Below, in pieces: positions 48,052 to 59,300 of a stretch of DNA of 64,000 bases. A program made the position numbers and the translations under genes. The notes under the pieces were generated by a model, which was not told where the DNA came from, did no database searches, and was given only the letters and a program-made list of their open reading frames with translations. The DNA comes from Luteimonas sp. (lineage in GTDB: Bacteria > Pseudomonadota > Gammaproteobacteria > Xanthomonadales > Xanthomonadaceae): assembly GCA_036675265.1 (NCBI GenBank), contig JAKFFJ010000016.1:125-64124 (forward strand), read 5' to 3'. Each line of letters begins with the position of its first letter. The first letter of the stretch is position 1.

Positions 48052-51000
48052 GTGAAAACCAAATGGCCAGCCACCACTACTAGTACGCGCGCGCGCAGGT
48101 ACGCCCGGCCGATGGTCGCCGGGTGCCTCCTCGGTGCGCTGCTGGCCATGGCGGGCGGGGCTTCGGCGAGCGAGATCCAGAACACGGCGACGGTCCATTA
48201 CACCCTCGTCCGCACGCCCGGGCAGGGACCGCTGAACGTGACCGTCCCGAGCAACACGGTCCGGATGGCTGTGCTCCCGGCGCCGACCGAGGCGGTGATC
48301 GAGTTCCTCACCCAGGTCAGCGCGACGATCGCCGACCTGCCCGAACCTGGCCCGGAGTCGGCGGGGTCCGCGACGTCGCCCCTGCCCATGGGGCTCGGGC
48401 AGGTCGTGCCGACCGCCGCAGGGGAATTCATCCGCGTCGATGGCGCCTTTTGCCAGGACCTGTCCGGGACGTTCGCGCCGGCGCCCCCGGTGATCGGCGT
48501 CGATGGTCGCCCGCTCGATCCCAACGGCTTCGTGACCGTCGTCGCGACGAGCTATTCGCCCGGCGAAGCGGTGATCGTCAGCGTGGAGGACGGCGACCGC
48601 AACCTCGATCCGCTGGTGCGCGACTACGTGAAGGTCACGGTCAGGACCTCGCATCCGAACGAGGCGGAAACCCTGCGCATGCAGGAGACCGGCGAAGATA
48701 CCGGCAGGTTCGCCGCGGCGCTGCAGAGCGTCCCGATGCCGCCGGACCCCGTCGCGCACGATTGCAGGCTGGCGATCGGCAGCGGCGGCGCGCTGCAGAT
48801 CGAATACCTCGACGATCCAAACGCACCCGAAACCCAGGTGCAGACCACGATCACCGTCACCCCGAAGCCGCCGTCGCCGAGCAGCGTCGTCCTGCAGCTG
48901 TCGCAGCAGGCCTCGGTCGCGGAGGCGTCCATCGGCGACTTCGTCCAGTACACCGTCACCGTGTCCAATCCCGGCGGCGTGCCCGCGCTGGACACCCGCC
49001 TGGTCGACGTCCTGCCGCGCGGCCTGCGTTACCGCGACGGTTCGGCGCGCATCGTGTCGCGCAGCGGCGCTTCCGGCGGCACCGCCGGGGTGCCCGACGA
49101 GGTCGAGTTCACTGCGCTGGCAAGCGACGGCGGCTCGCTGGCGATAGGCCTCGGGACGATCGAGCCTGGCGTGACCGTCGTCGTGACACTCGTGGCCGAG
49201 GTGGGCAGTGGGACGCCTCCGGGCCAGGCCGTCAACGACACCGTGGCGGTCGCGGCCGGGCTGGTGTCCAACCGCCAGCAGACCGTCGTCGCGATCCGGG
49301 AACCGCTGATGGTGTCGCACTTCACCATCGTCGGCCGCGTCCTGCAGGGCACCTGCGACGGGGATCCGACGGATCGCGCGGGCGTCCCGGGCGTGCGCGT
49401 GCTGCTCGATGACGGCACGTACGTGGCGACCGATGACGACGGTGCCTACCACTTCGAAGGCGTCCGCCCCGGCACCCATGTCGTGCAGCTGGATGTCCCC
49501 ACCGTTCCCGCCGGACTGGAGCCGGTGGCCTGCGCGGACGACACGCGGCGCGCCGGACGCAGCTTCTCGCAGTTCGTCGAGGCACAGGGCGGCAGCCTGG
49601 TGCGCAGCGACTTCGTGCTGCAACCGGCCGCGCCTGCCACCGGTGCGGTCGGCGCGCGGCTGCGTGCAGAAGCCATCGCAGGTGGCACGCGATACACCGC
49701 CGAACTCGACGGTGGCCCGGTGCCCGCGTCGAACCTGCGTGCGATGCTGATGCTCCCCGAAGGCGCAAGGGTCGTCCCGGGGTCTGCAACCGTCGACGGC
49801 GTCGCGGTGGCGGATCCGGCGGTCGCCGCCAACATCGTCACGTTCGCGCTTGGCGATCCGGGCGCCACCTGGCGGCGCACGCTGCAATTCCATGTGCGCG
49901 CCGCGGGCGAGTGCCCTGCCGGCGGGATCGAAGCCAGGCTGGTGGCACTGTTCGATGCCGGCGGCCAGGCAGTGCAGAAAACGGCGCCGGCGACGGCGAT
50001 GCTGCCCTGCGGCCCACCGGGGCCGTCCGTCGACAGCGGGCGCGTGGAGTCGATCGTCAGCGCCGCCGCCGCAGGGCCGGCGGTTTCGCCGTTCGTGGAA
50101 GCGGAACAATCGCGCCGCGCCATCCTCGACGACGCCGCCGCGGCCGGCGGTGGCGACGTCGACTGGTTGCGCGACCAGGCACCCGGTCACGAGTGGCTGT
50201 TCCCGGCCGCCGACTACAACCCGCGCTCGCCGCTCACCCGGGCGGTCGTCAAGCACCTGCCCGGCGAAACCGTCCAGGTGCGGATCAATGGCGAGGCGGC
50301 TTCGCAGATCGCCTTCGATGGCGTCGTGGTCAACGCCGCGAAGACCGTGGCGACCAGCATCTGGCGCGGCCTGCCGTTGCGGGACGGCGACAACACGCTC
50401 GAGGCGCATATCTCCGACGCCGACGGCAACGTGGTTGCGCGACTCTCGCGCAACGTGCATTTCTCGGGGGCGCCGGCACGGGCCGAGCTGGTGCCGGAGC
50501 AATCGATCCTGGCGGCCGACGGCCTGCATTCGCCGGTGATCGCGGTGCGCTTCCTCGACCGGACCGGCCGCCCCGTGCGCGCAGGCATGGGTGGCGACTA
50601 CACCCTGTCGCCGCCGTACCTGCCCGCACAGGCGGTGCAGATGCAACAGCAGCGCCAGCTGGCGGGCATGGAGTCGTTCGAGCCGACCTGGCACGTCGAG
50701 GGCGACGACGGCATCGCCTACATCGCGCTGCAGCCGACCAGCGTCGCGGGCAGCGCCCTGTTGGGCTTCCGGTTCCAGCAAGGGCAGGGCAGGCAATCGC
50801 GGCAGGCGGACCACCAGGAGCTCGAGGTCTGGCTGAAGTCCACGCCGCGCGACTGGGTGGTCGTCGGCTTCGCGAAGGGCACCGTCGGGTACGACACGCT
50901 CGACGGGAACATGGAGGGACTGGACGCGGCCGGCCACGAGGCCGGGTTGACCACCGATGGCCAGCTCTCGCTGTACGCGAAGGGCCGCGTGCTGGGCAAG

Positions 51001-53397
51001 TGGATGCTCACCCTGGCCTACGACTCGGACAAGCCCACCGACCGCCTGCACCGCCAGGGCCTGTTGTCGGAGATCGATCCCGACCGGTTCTACACCCTGT
51101 ATGGCGACGGCACCCGGCAGGGATACGACGCCGCCAGCGCCGACAAGGTGTACCTCAAGCTCGAGCGCGACCAGTTCTATGCCCTGTTCGGCGACTTCAC
51201 CACCGGCCTGGACGACGGCGAGCTGACCCGCTACCACCGCACGCTCAACGGCCTGAAGGTCGAGTACCGCGGGCCGCTGGTCGAGGTCAACGCATTCGCC
51301 GCGCAGACTTCGCAGAACCTGGCGCGCGACGAGATCCAGGGCGACGGCACGTCGGGGCTTTACCGCCTGTCGCGCGGTGACATCGTCATGAACGGCGAGC
51401 GCGTGCGGATCGAAGTGCGCGACCGTTACCGCAGCGAGCGCATCGTCGAGACGCGCACGCTGGTCCGCCATGTCGACTACGACATCGACTATGCCGCGGG
51501 CACGCTGTTCTTCCGCGAGCCGGTGCCCAGCCGGGACTTCGACTTCAACCCGGTCTTCATCGTCGTGGAATACGAGACGCACGGCGACGGCGACACGTAC
51601 CTCAACGGCGGCGGCCGGGTCGGCGTGGACCTGCTCGAGGGGCGGCTGCGCGCGGGCGTGACCTACCTGAAGGAAGAGGACAGCACCGGGCAGTCGCAGC
51701 TGGCCGGCATCGATGCGCGCTTCCGCGTGTCCCCGGCCACCGAGGTGCGCGCCGAAGTCGCCTCGAGCGAAGGCGAGTCCGGCGCGGTCGAGCGCTCCGG
51801 CGACGCGTACCTGGTCGAGCTCGAGCACCACGACGAGCGGCTGGACGTGCTCGCCTACGTGCGCCGCCAGGCGCCGGGGTTCGGCCTCGGCCAGCAGAAC
51901 CGGTCCGAAGGCGGCATGTTCAAGGCCGGTGCCGACCTGCAGTGGCGGATCACCGACCGCTTCTCGCTGCAGGGCCAGGCCTGGCACCAGGAGAACCTGG
52001 TGAATGGCGCCACCCGCGACGCCATGAACGTGCAGGGCGAATTCCGTGCCGACGACTGGGGCATGCGCGCCGGCCTGCAATGGGTGCGCGACCAGGCGCT
52101 GGATGGGCGGATCGCCGAGTCGCGCCAGGTCACGCTGGGCGCCAACCGCTCGTTCCTGGACCGGCGCCTCGAGCTGACGGCGCGGGCCGACATCGGGCTT
52201 GACGGCCGCAACGACAGCGTCGACTTCCCGACGCGCCTGGAAGTCGGCGCCGCCTACGCGCTGACCGACACCTTCCGCGTGCTGGTCGCGCAGGAATTCA
52301 CCGACGGCGAGGACCGCGACACCTCCACGACGCGCTTCGGGTTCGAGGCGCAGCCCTGGGCGGGCGCGCGCCTGACCAGCACGCTGAACCAGGCGCAGAT
52401 CTCCGAATACGGGCCGCGCACGTTCGGCGTGCTCGGGCTCGCCCAGCAGTTCCTGGTGGGCGAGCGCTGGAGCTTCGACCTGGCGGCCGACACCAGCCAT
52501 GCGTTCGACGAATCCGGCGCGCCGTCGATCGTCGTCAATCCCGCGCATCCGATCGCGCCGGGCGGTATCGCGCACGCAGGCGCGCTGACCGAGGACTTCC
52601 TGGCGCTGTCGGGCGGTGCGACGTACCGAAGCGAATTGTGGTCGTGGAACGGCCGGCTGGAGCACCGCGATGGCGAACTCACGGACCGCCGCGGCCTGTC
52701 GACCGGCTTCCTGCGCCAGGCCGAGGACGGCGTCGCGGTGTCCGCGATGGCCCGTGCGTTCCAGGTCGACAATGCCGACGGCTCCCGCGGGCTGCTGGCC
52801 AACGCCAGCGTCGCGGTCGCGTGGCGGCCGCTGGGCAGCCGCTGGTCGCTGCTCGACCGCCTCGAGTTCCGCATGGACGAAGTGCGCCACGGCAACGGCG
52901 ACGCGCTGGTGGGTCAGGACACGCTGGCGGTCACCGGCGACGCGCGTTCGCGGCGGCTGGTGAACAACCTGGTGGCCAACTACGCCCCCGATCCGTGGAC
53001 CCCGGCCGACCGCCGCGGCAACCTGTTCGACGTCTCGCAGCGTAGCCAGCTCTCGCTGTACTACGGGTCCAAGTACGTCTTCGATACCTACGGCGGCGAG
53101 GACCAGGCGGGTTACACCGACATCTTCGGCGTCGAATGGCGGCACGACCTGTCGCCGAAGTTCGACGTCGGGCTGCGCGCGAGCGTCCGCCACTCCTGGG
53201 AGACCCACGCACTGTCGTACGCGTTCGGGCCTTCGGTCGGGTTCTCGCCCTTCGCCAACACGTGGTTCAGCCTGGGCTACAACATCGCGGGCTTCACCGA
53301 CCGCGACTTCGAGTCCACGCATTACACGGCGCGGGGTCCCTACCTGGTGATGCGCTTCAAGTTCGACCAGCAGACGTTCGGCGGTGGCGCCCAGTGA
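48052..53397 (+). CDS. Giant outer-membrane protein: N-terminal Ig-like domains (DUF11, SdrD-B/CarboxypepD_reg-like, Big_1-like) plus a large C-terminal beta-barrel-like region
   Basis: 1781 aa. Signal peptide ...LLAMAGGASA. DUF11 segment (IGDFVQYTVTVSNPGGVPALDTRLVDVLPRGLRY). GVPGVRVLLDDGTYVATDDDGAYHFEGVRPGTHVV segment. ILAADGLHSPVIAVRFLDRTGRPVRAG segment. The last roughly 900 aa show alternating hydrophobic/polar strand periodicity and end ...GPYLVMRFKF-DQQTFGGGAQ. GTG start, with an alternative in-frame ATG at 48112. Confidence 0.8.
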   Translation: MKTKWPATTTSTRARRYARPMVAGCLLGALLAMAGGASASEIQNTATVHYTLVRTPGQGPLNVTVPSNTVRMAVLPAPTEAVIEFLTQVSATIADLPEPGPESAGSATSPLPMGLGQVVPTAAGEFIRVDGAFCQDLSGTFAPAPPVIGVDGRPLDPNGFVTVVATSYSPGEAVIVSVEDGDRNLDPLVRDYVKVTVRTSHPNEAETLRMQETGEDTGRFAAALQSVPMPPDPVAHDCRLAIGSGGALQIEYLDDPNAPETQVQTTITVTPKPPSPSSVVLQLSQQASVAEASIGDFVQYTVTVSNPGGVPALDTRLVDVLPRGLRYRDGSARIVSRSGASGGTAGVPDEVEFTALASDGGSLAIGLGTIEPGVTVVVTLVAEVGSGTPPGQAVNDTVAVAAGLVSNRQQTVVAIREPLMVSHFTIVGRVLQGTCDGDPTDRAGVPGVRVLLDDGTYVATDDDGAYHFEGVRPGTHVVQLDVPTVPAGLEPVACADDTRRAGRSFSQFVEAQGGSLVRSDFVLQPAAPATGAVGARLRAEAIAGGTRYTAELDGGPVPASNLRAMLMLPEGARVVPGSATVDGVAVADPAVAANIVTFALGDPGATWRRTLQFHVRAAGECPAGGIEARLVALFDAGGQAVQKTAPATAMLPCGPPGPSVDSGRVESIVSAAAAGPAVSPFVEAEQSRRAILDDAAAAGGGDVDWLRDQAPGHEWLFPAADYNPRSPLTRAVVKHLPGETVQVRINGEAASQIAFDGVVVNAAKTVATSIWRGLPLRDGDNTLEAHISDADGNVVARLSRNVHFSGAPARAELVPEQSILAADGLHSPVIAVRFLDRTGRPVRAGMGGDYTLSPPYLPAQAVQMQQQRQLAGMESFEPTWHVEGDDGIAYIALQPTSVAGSALLGFRFQQGQGRQSRQADHQELEVWLKSTPRDWVVVGFAKGTVGYDTLDGNMEGLDAAGHEAGLTTDGQLSLYAKGRVLGKWMLTLAYDSDKPTDRLHRQGLLSEIDPDRFYTLYGDGTRQGYDAASADKVYLKLERDQFYALFGDFTTGLDDGELTRYHRTLNGLKVEYRGPLVEVNAFAAQTSQNLARDEIQGDGTSGLYRLSRGDIVMNGERVRIEVRDRYRSERIVETRTLVRHVDYDIDYAAGTLFFREPVPSRDFDFNPVFIVVEYETHGDGDTYLNGGGRVGVDLLEGRLRAGVTYLKEEDSTGQSQLAGIDARFRVSPATEVRAEVASSEGESGAVERSGDAYLVELEHHDERLDVLAYVRRQAPGFGLGQQNRSEGGMFKAGADLQWRITDRFSLQGQAWHQENLVNGATRDAMNVQGEFRADDWGMRAGLQWVRDQALDGRIAESRQVTLGANRSFLDRRLELTARADIGLDGRNDSVDFPTRLEVGAAYALTDTFRVLVAQEFTDGEDRDTSTTRFGFEAQPWAGARLTSTLNQAQISEYGPRTFGVLGLAQQFLVGERWSFDLAADTSHAFDESGAPSIVVNPAHPIAPGGIAHAGALTEDFLALSGGATYRSELWSWNGRLEHRDGELTDRRGLSTGFLRQAEDGVAVSAMARAFQVDNADGSRGLLANASVAVAWRPLGSRWSLLDRLEFRMDEVRHGNGDALVGQDTLAVTGDARSRRLVNNLVANYAPDPWTPADRRGNLFDVSQRSQLSLYYGSKYVFDTYGGEDQAGYTDIFGVEWRHDLSPKFDVGLRASVRHSWETHALSYAFGPSVGFSPFANTWFSLGYNIAGFTDRDFESTHYTARGPYLVMRFKFDQQTFGGGAQ

Positions 53398-56300
53398 GGG
53401 CGTTCCGGCCAGGCGTGGCCTGCGTGGCCTGGCTGGTGGCGCTGCTCGTGGCGCTCGGTGCCGCCACGGATGCGCACGCCGCCATCAAGACGGTCTACGT
53501 CCATGACGACGGAACCCTGACGCGTACGCCGCAGGCCGCCGTGGCGACCGCGGGCATCGTCCCCATCGACAGCAAGGGCGACTTCAACGACTGGGTGTTG
53601 GCGCCCCCGGTCGCCGCCGGCAAGTCCCTGGTGCTCAGCCCGGGGAACATCAACGCGACGCTGGTGGTCAGCAGTTCCGCGCCGGTGACCGCCCGGGTGG
53701 AGCTATGGGACGGCGCGCCCGGCGCAGTGGGGTCCACGCTCCTCGCCGCCACCGCGGCGGATGTCGCGGTCAACAGCACGACGCCGGTGTCGACCACGTT
53801 CGTGATGCCCCTGGCCGGCGCGGCGACCATCGCGGCGGGGCGCCCGCTTGGCCTGCGGGTGATCAATACCCTGGGCCAGGGCGGCAGCAAGACCCTGACC
53901 GTCCACCAGTACGGCGCCGGCGTCCGCAGCACGATCGCGTTCGCCACGTCGACCTTCGTCAACGTCGACAGCGTGGCCATCCATTCCGCGGTGTACCCGG
54001 GTGCAGCGACGAAGTCGGCCTACGCGCGCAACAACAGCGTGTACGTGCGGGCCGTCGCCAGCGATCCGTTCGGCAGCGCGGACATCAGCGGTGCCACGCT
54101 GACCCTGACCGACCCGGGCGGCACGGTGCGCGTCGCTGGCGCGGCCATGCCGCAGGTGGCCGATTCCGGCGTCGCGACGCGCACCTACGAGTACACGTAC
54201 GTGTTGCCGTCCACGGCGCCGTTCGGCCAATGGACCGCCACGGTTACCGCCAGCGAAGGCACGGAAGGCACCGTGACCCATGCCGGCAACGCAACGTTCC
54301 AGGTCGCGCTGGCGTCGCTGTCCATCACGAAGTCGCACACCGGCAACTTCACGGCGGGCACCAACGGCACGTACTCGATCGTCGTGCAGAACAACGGCGG
54401 CACCGTGACCGGGCCGACCACGGTCACCGACACGCTGCCGGCCGGCCTGACGTTCGTCTCCGGCACCGGGACCGGGTGGAGCTGCGGCGCTGCCGGGCAG
54501 GCGGTGACCTGCACCAACGGCGCGACCATCGCCAATGCCACGAGCCTGCCGACTTTGAACCTGACGGTTGCCGTGGCCGGCAGCGCGCCGTCGAGCGTCA
54601 GCAGCCTGGCCAACGTGTCGAACCCCAACGTCAACGGTGGCGCCAGCGTCAGCAGCAACACGGACACGACCGTCGTCGTTCACCCGGACCTGTCGAATTC
54701 GGCCACGGCCGTGCTCGACCTCAACGGCGGCGACGCCGAACCCGGCGACGTGCTGCGCTACACGGTCAGCCTCGTCGAGAGCGCAGGCGGCCCGGCCACG
54801 TCGATCGGCGTGACCGACGACATGCCGGCGGGCATCACCGGGTTCACGGTGGTATCGACGCCCCCGGGCAGCACGAATGCCTCCACCGGGGGCGGCGGCG
54901 CGAACGCCACGGGCCGGCTCGACGTCACCGGCATCTCCGTGCCGGCGAGCGGAACGGCGACGATCGTCTTCGACATCACCGTCGGCGCGGGTGCGGCAGC
55001 CGGCTTCACGATCGACACCGCGCCCATCGCCGCGAACCCGAACGGCCCGGGAGGCACCGCCACCGCGCCGACCGTCACCGTGTCGCAGTCCCAGGTCGCC
55101 GCCTCCGGCAACAAGCTGCTGTACGTCTACGACAACCTTTCACTGACGCGCACGCCGCAGCCGGCGGCCACCACGGCGGGCGTGCAGATCGCCAGCGGCG
55201 GGACGTCGAACTGGACGCTGGCGCCGCCGATCCCGGCGGGTGAAACGCTGGTGCTGCCCGCTGGGGACATCGGCGTGAACCTCGTGACGTCCAGCACGAA
55301 CGGCAAGTCGGCCACCGTCACGGTGGCACTGTTCGACGGCGCGACCCAGGTGGGCCCCACCGCGACGCAGATCTTCTCGAGCACGGTGCCGACGCTGCGG
55401 ACCTTCACCATCGCGCTGCCCGCCCAGTACACCCTGGCGGCCGGTGCCCAGCTGGTCCTGCGCGTCACCAACACCACGGGCGGCAACGTGCCGGTCGCCG
55501 TGTCCCAGTACGACGGCGTGCGCAGCGACATCAAGTTCGCGACCTCGACCGTGGTCAACGTCGACAGCGTGAACCTCTATTCGTCCGCGTTCCCGGGGAC
55601 GACCACCAAGCCGTTCTACGCCGCGAACGACGTGCTGTACGTGCGGGCGGTGGTGAGCGACCCGTTCGGCAGCGCCGATATCGGCGGTGCGAGCATCCGC
55701 CTGCTGGACGGCAACGGCGTGGTGCAGCTGGCGCCGGCCGAAATGACGATGGTCGCCGATTCCGGCGCCAACGCGCGGACCTACGAATACCAGTTCACGT
55801 TGCCGTCGAATGCCATGGTCGGGTTCTGGACCGCCACCGTGACCGGTCGCGAGGGCACGGAAGGCACCATCACCCACCTGGTCAACCGTTCGTTCGGCGT
55901 CGGCGTCGCCCAGTTGACGCTGGCGATGTCGCACGCCGGGGATTTCGTCGCGGGCACCAACGGCAGCTATACCCTGGTCGTGCACAACAACGGCGACCCG
56001 GTGTCGGGCACCACGACCGTCACGGACACGTTGCCGGCGGGCCTGTCGTTCGTCTCCGGAACGGGCACCGGGTGGAGCTGCAGCGCGGCCGGCCAGGTGG
56101 TGACCTGCACCAACGCCACCGCCCTGCCGACCGACGGCGACCTGCCACCGCTGGCGCTGGTCGTCGCCGTCGCCGGCAGCGCCCCGGCGACGGTGAACAA
56201 CGTCGCGTCGGTCGCCAACGCCGGCGTGGACGGCGGCAACCCGCAGAACAGCAATACCGACGCGACCACGATCCTGCATCCAGACCTGTCGACGTCCACG

Positions 56301-59300
56301 CTGTCGGTGCTGGACCTCAACGGCGGCGACGCCAACCCGGGCGACGTGCTGCGCTACACGATCGACCTGCACGAGACAGCCGGCGCTGCGGTGGCGGGCG
56401 TGGGTGCCACCGTGCAGGTGCCTGCCGGGGTCGCCGGCTTCACGGTGGTGGACGTCCCGGCCGGCAGCACGGATGCCTCGGTCGCCAGTGGCGGCGCGAA
56501 TGGCACCGGGCTGCTGGACATCACCGGCATCGCGCTGTCGCCCGACGCCAGCGACACGATCGCGTTCGAGGTCACCATCGGGGCGGGCGCGACGCCGGGC
56601 GCCACCCTCGACGCCACCGCCATCGTCGCCAACCCGAACGGTCCCGGCGCCACGGCGGCGGCATCGACGATCACCGTGTCGCAATCGCAGGTTGCCGCCT
56701 CCGGCAACAAGCTGCTGTACCTGTACGACAACGGCAGCCTGACCCGCACGCCGCAACCGGCCACGAACACCGCCGGCGTGACGATCGCGACCGGCGGCAT
56801 CCAGAACTGGACCCTGGCGCCTGCCATCCCCGCCGGGAAGTCGCTCGTGCTGGACGCGGGCAACGTGTCGGCCACGATGGTCCTCAACAGCAGCGGCAAC
56901 ACCGTGTCGGTCACTGCAGCGCTGTTCGACGGCGCCACGCAGGTGGGTACCACGGCTACCCAGAACCTGACCAGCAACGCGCCCACGCCGGTGGCGTTCA
57001 CCATTCCGCTCTCCGCGCCCTACACGCTGGTCGCGGGCCGGCAGCTGGTGCTCAGGGTGACCAACACGTCCAACGGCAACCGCCCGGTCACCGTGCACCA
57101 GTACTCGGGCACGCCGAGCGTGCTTTCGTTCAGCACCGCGACGGTGGTCAACGTCGACACCGTCGCGATCTACGCCGCGCCGTACCCCGCCACCACGACG
57201 AAGGCGTTCTATGCGGCGAACGACATCCTCTACGTCCGCGCCGTGGTGAGCGACCCGTTCGGCAGCGCGGACGTCGGCGGCGCGACCGTGTCGCTGGCCA
57301 CGAACGCCGGGGCGCCGATGCTCAGCGCCGCGGCGATGACCCAGGTCGCGGATTCCGGCGTCGCGACCCGAACGTACGAACGCGCCTACACGGTGCCAGT
57401 CGGGGCCGCCGTCGGGTTCTGGACCGCCAGCGTCACCGGTCGCGAAGGCACCGAGGGCACGGTCACGCACACGGGCAACACGTCCTTCGGCATCGGCGTC
57501 GCGCAGCTGACGCTCGCCAAGTCCCATGTGGGTGACTTCACCGCCGGCGCCAACGGCAGCTGGTCGCTGGTGGCGCACAACAACGGCAGCGCGGTTTCGG
57601 GCACGACCACCATCGTCGACACCCTGCCGGCGGGGTTGTCGTTCGTCTCCGGCACCGGCACCGGCTGGTCGTGCGGCGCCGCTGGGCAGGTCGTCACCTG
57701 CACCACGACCACCGGCATCCCCACCGGTGCGGACCTGCCGACGCTGACCCTGACCGTCGCCGTCGGCGGTTCTGCCCCGGCGAGCGTTGCAAACGTCGCC
57801 ACCATCTCGAACCCGGGCGTGGACGGCGGCAACCCGCAGAACAGCAACGCGGACAGCACCACGATCCGGCACCCGGACCTGTCGACCTCCACGCTCGCCG
57901 TGCAGGACCTCAACGGCGGCGATGCGAACCCCGGCGACACGCTGCGCTACACCGTCGACCTGGTCGAGTCGGCGACGGCGGCCGCGACGGGCGTGGCCGT
58001 CACCAGCGACATGCCGGCGGGCGTGCAGGGGTTCACCGTGGTGTCGATCCCGGCCGGCGCGACGAATGCATCGCTTCCCACCGGCGGAGCGAACGGCACC
58101 GGCCGACTGGACATCACGGGTGTCACCGTGGCCGCCGGCGCCTCGGCCAGCGTCGTGTTCGATGTCGTGGTCGGCGCAGGCGCGACACCGGGCACGGCCA
58201 TCAACGGCGCGGCAGGCATCGCCAATCCCAACGGGCCGGGCGCCTCGCCGATCGCGTCGACGATCATCGTGTCGCAGTCGCAGGTGGCGGCCTCGGGCAA
58301 CAAGCTGTTGTACCTCTACGACAACGCCACGCTGACGCGCACCCCACAGGTCGCGCTGGATACCGGCGGCGTCGCCATCGCGACGGGCGGCACGCAGGAC
58401 TGGACGCTATCGCCCGCGATCCCCGCGGGCAAGTCGCTCGAGCTGAGCGCGGGCAACGTCACCGCCACGCTGGTGGTGGACACCGCCAACCAGCAGGCCA
58501 CGGTGACCGCACGCCTGTTCCACGGCGCGACCCAGGTCGGCACGACGGGCAGCCAGACGTTCACCGCGAACGGCGCCTCGCCGCGCATCTTCACCATCGC
58601 GCTGGCGGCGCCATACACCGTGCCGGCGGGCGCGCAACTGGTCCTGCGCGTCGGGACGACCGGCGCGGCGGCGACCGTGCACCAGTACCGGGGCGCGCCC
58701 AGCACGCTGTCGTTCGCCACCACCACGGTGGTGAACGTCGACAGCGTGGCGGTCCACTCCGAGGCGTATCCCGCGGCCACCACCGCGCCATTCCTGGTCC
58801 ACGGGAACACGGCGTACATCCGTGCCGTGGTCAGCGACCCGTTCGGCAGCGCCGACGTCGGCGGCGCCAACATCACCCTCACCGATCCGGGCGGCACGGT
58901 GCGCGTCAACAACGTCGCGATGACGCAGGTCGCGGATTCCGGCGTCGCCACGCGCACCTACGAATACCAGTACAACATCCCGCCGGGGGCGCAGCTGGGT
59001 TCCTGGACCGCCGGCGTCGTCGCACGGGAAGGCACGGAAGGCACGGTGACCCACAGCGGCAATGCCGCGTTCGCGGTCCAGGGGACCATCTCGGCCGGCA
59101 TGACCTGGGTGGACGCCAACGCCGGCGATTCGGTGGCATTGACGGTCGCAGGGGGAACCGGCGCGGTCGCCGGCAGTTCGACGGCGCCATCGACCACCAC
59201 GCCGGCCTCGGGGACGTCGACGGCCGGCGCGACGATCACGTTGTCGCAGGCGTTCACCGTCGGCAGTGCCGGCAGCTACAGCCTCACGCTCACCTGCACG

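Noticed and set aside
47581-53322. 1913-aa ORF on the minus strand spanning the whole giant OMP gene
   Set aside because: It is antisense to a plus-strand frame with clear domain signatures. Its own translation is Arg/Ala/Gly/Pro/Val-rich low-information sequence, typical of stop-poor alternative frames at about 70% GC. It has no signal, motif or RBS.
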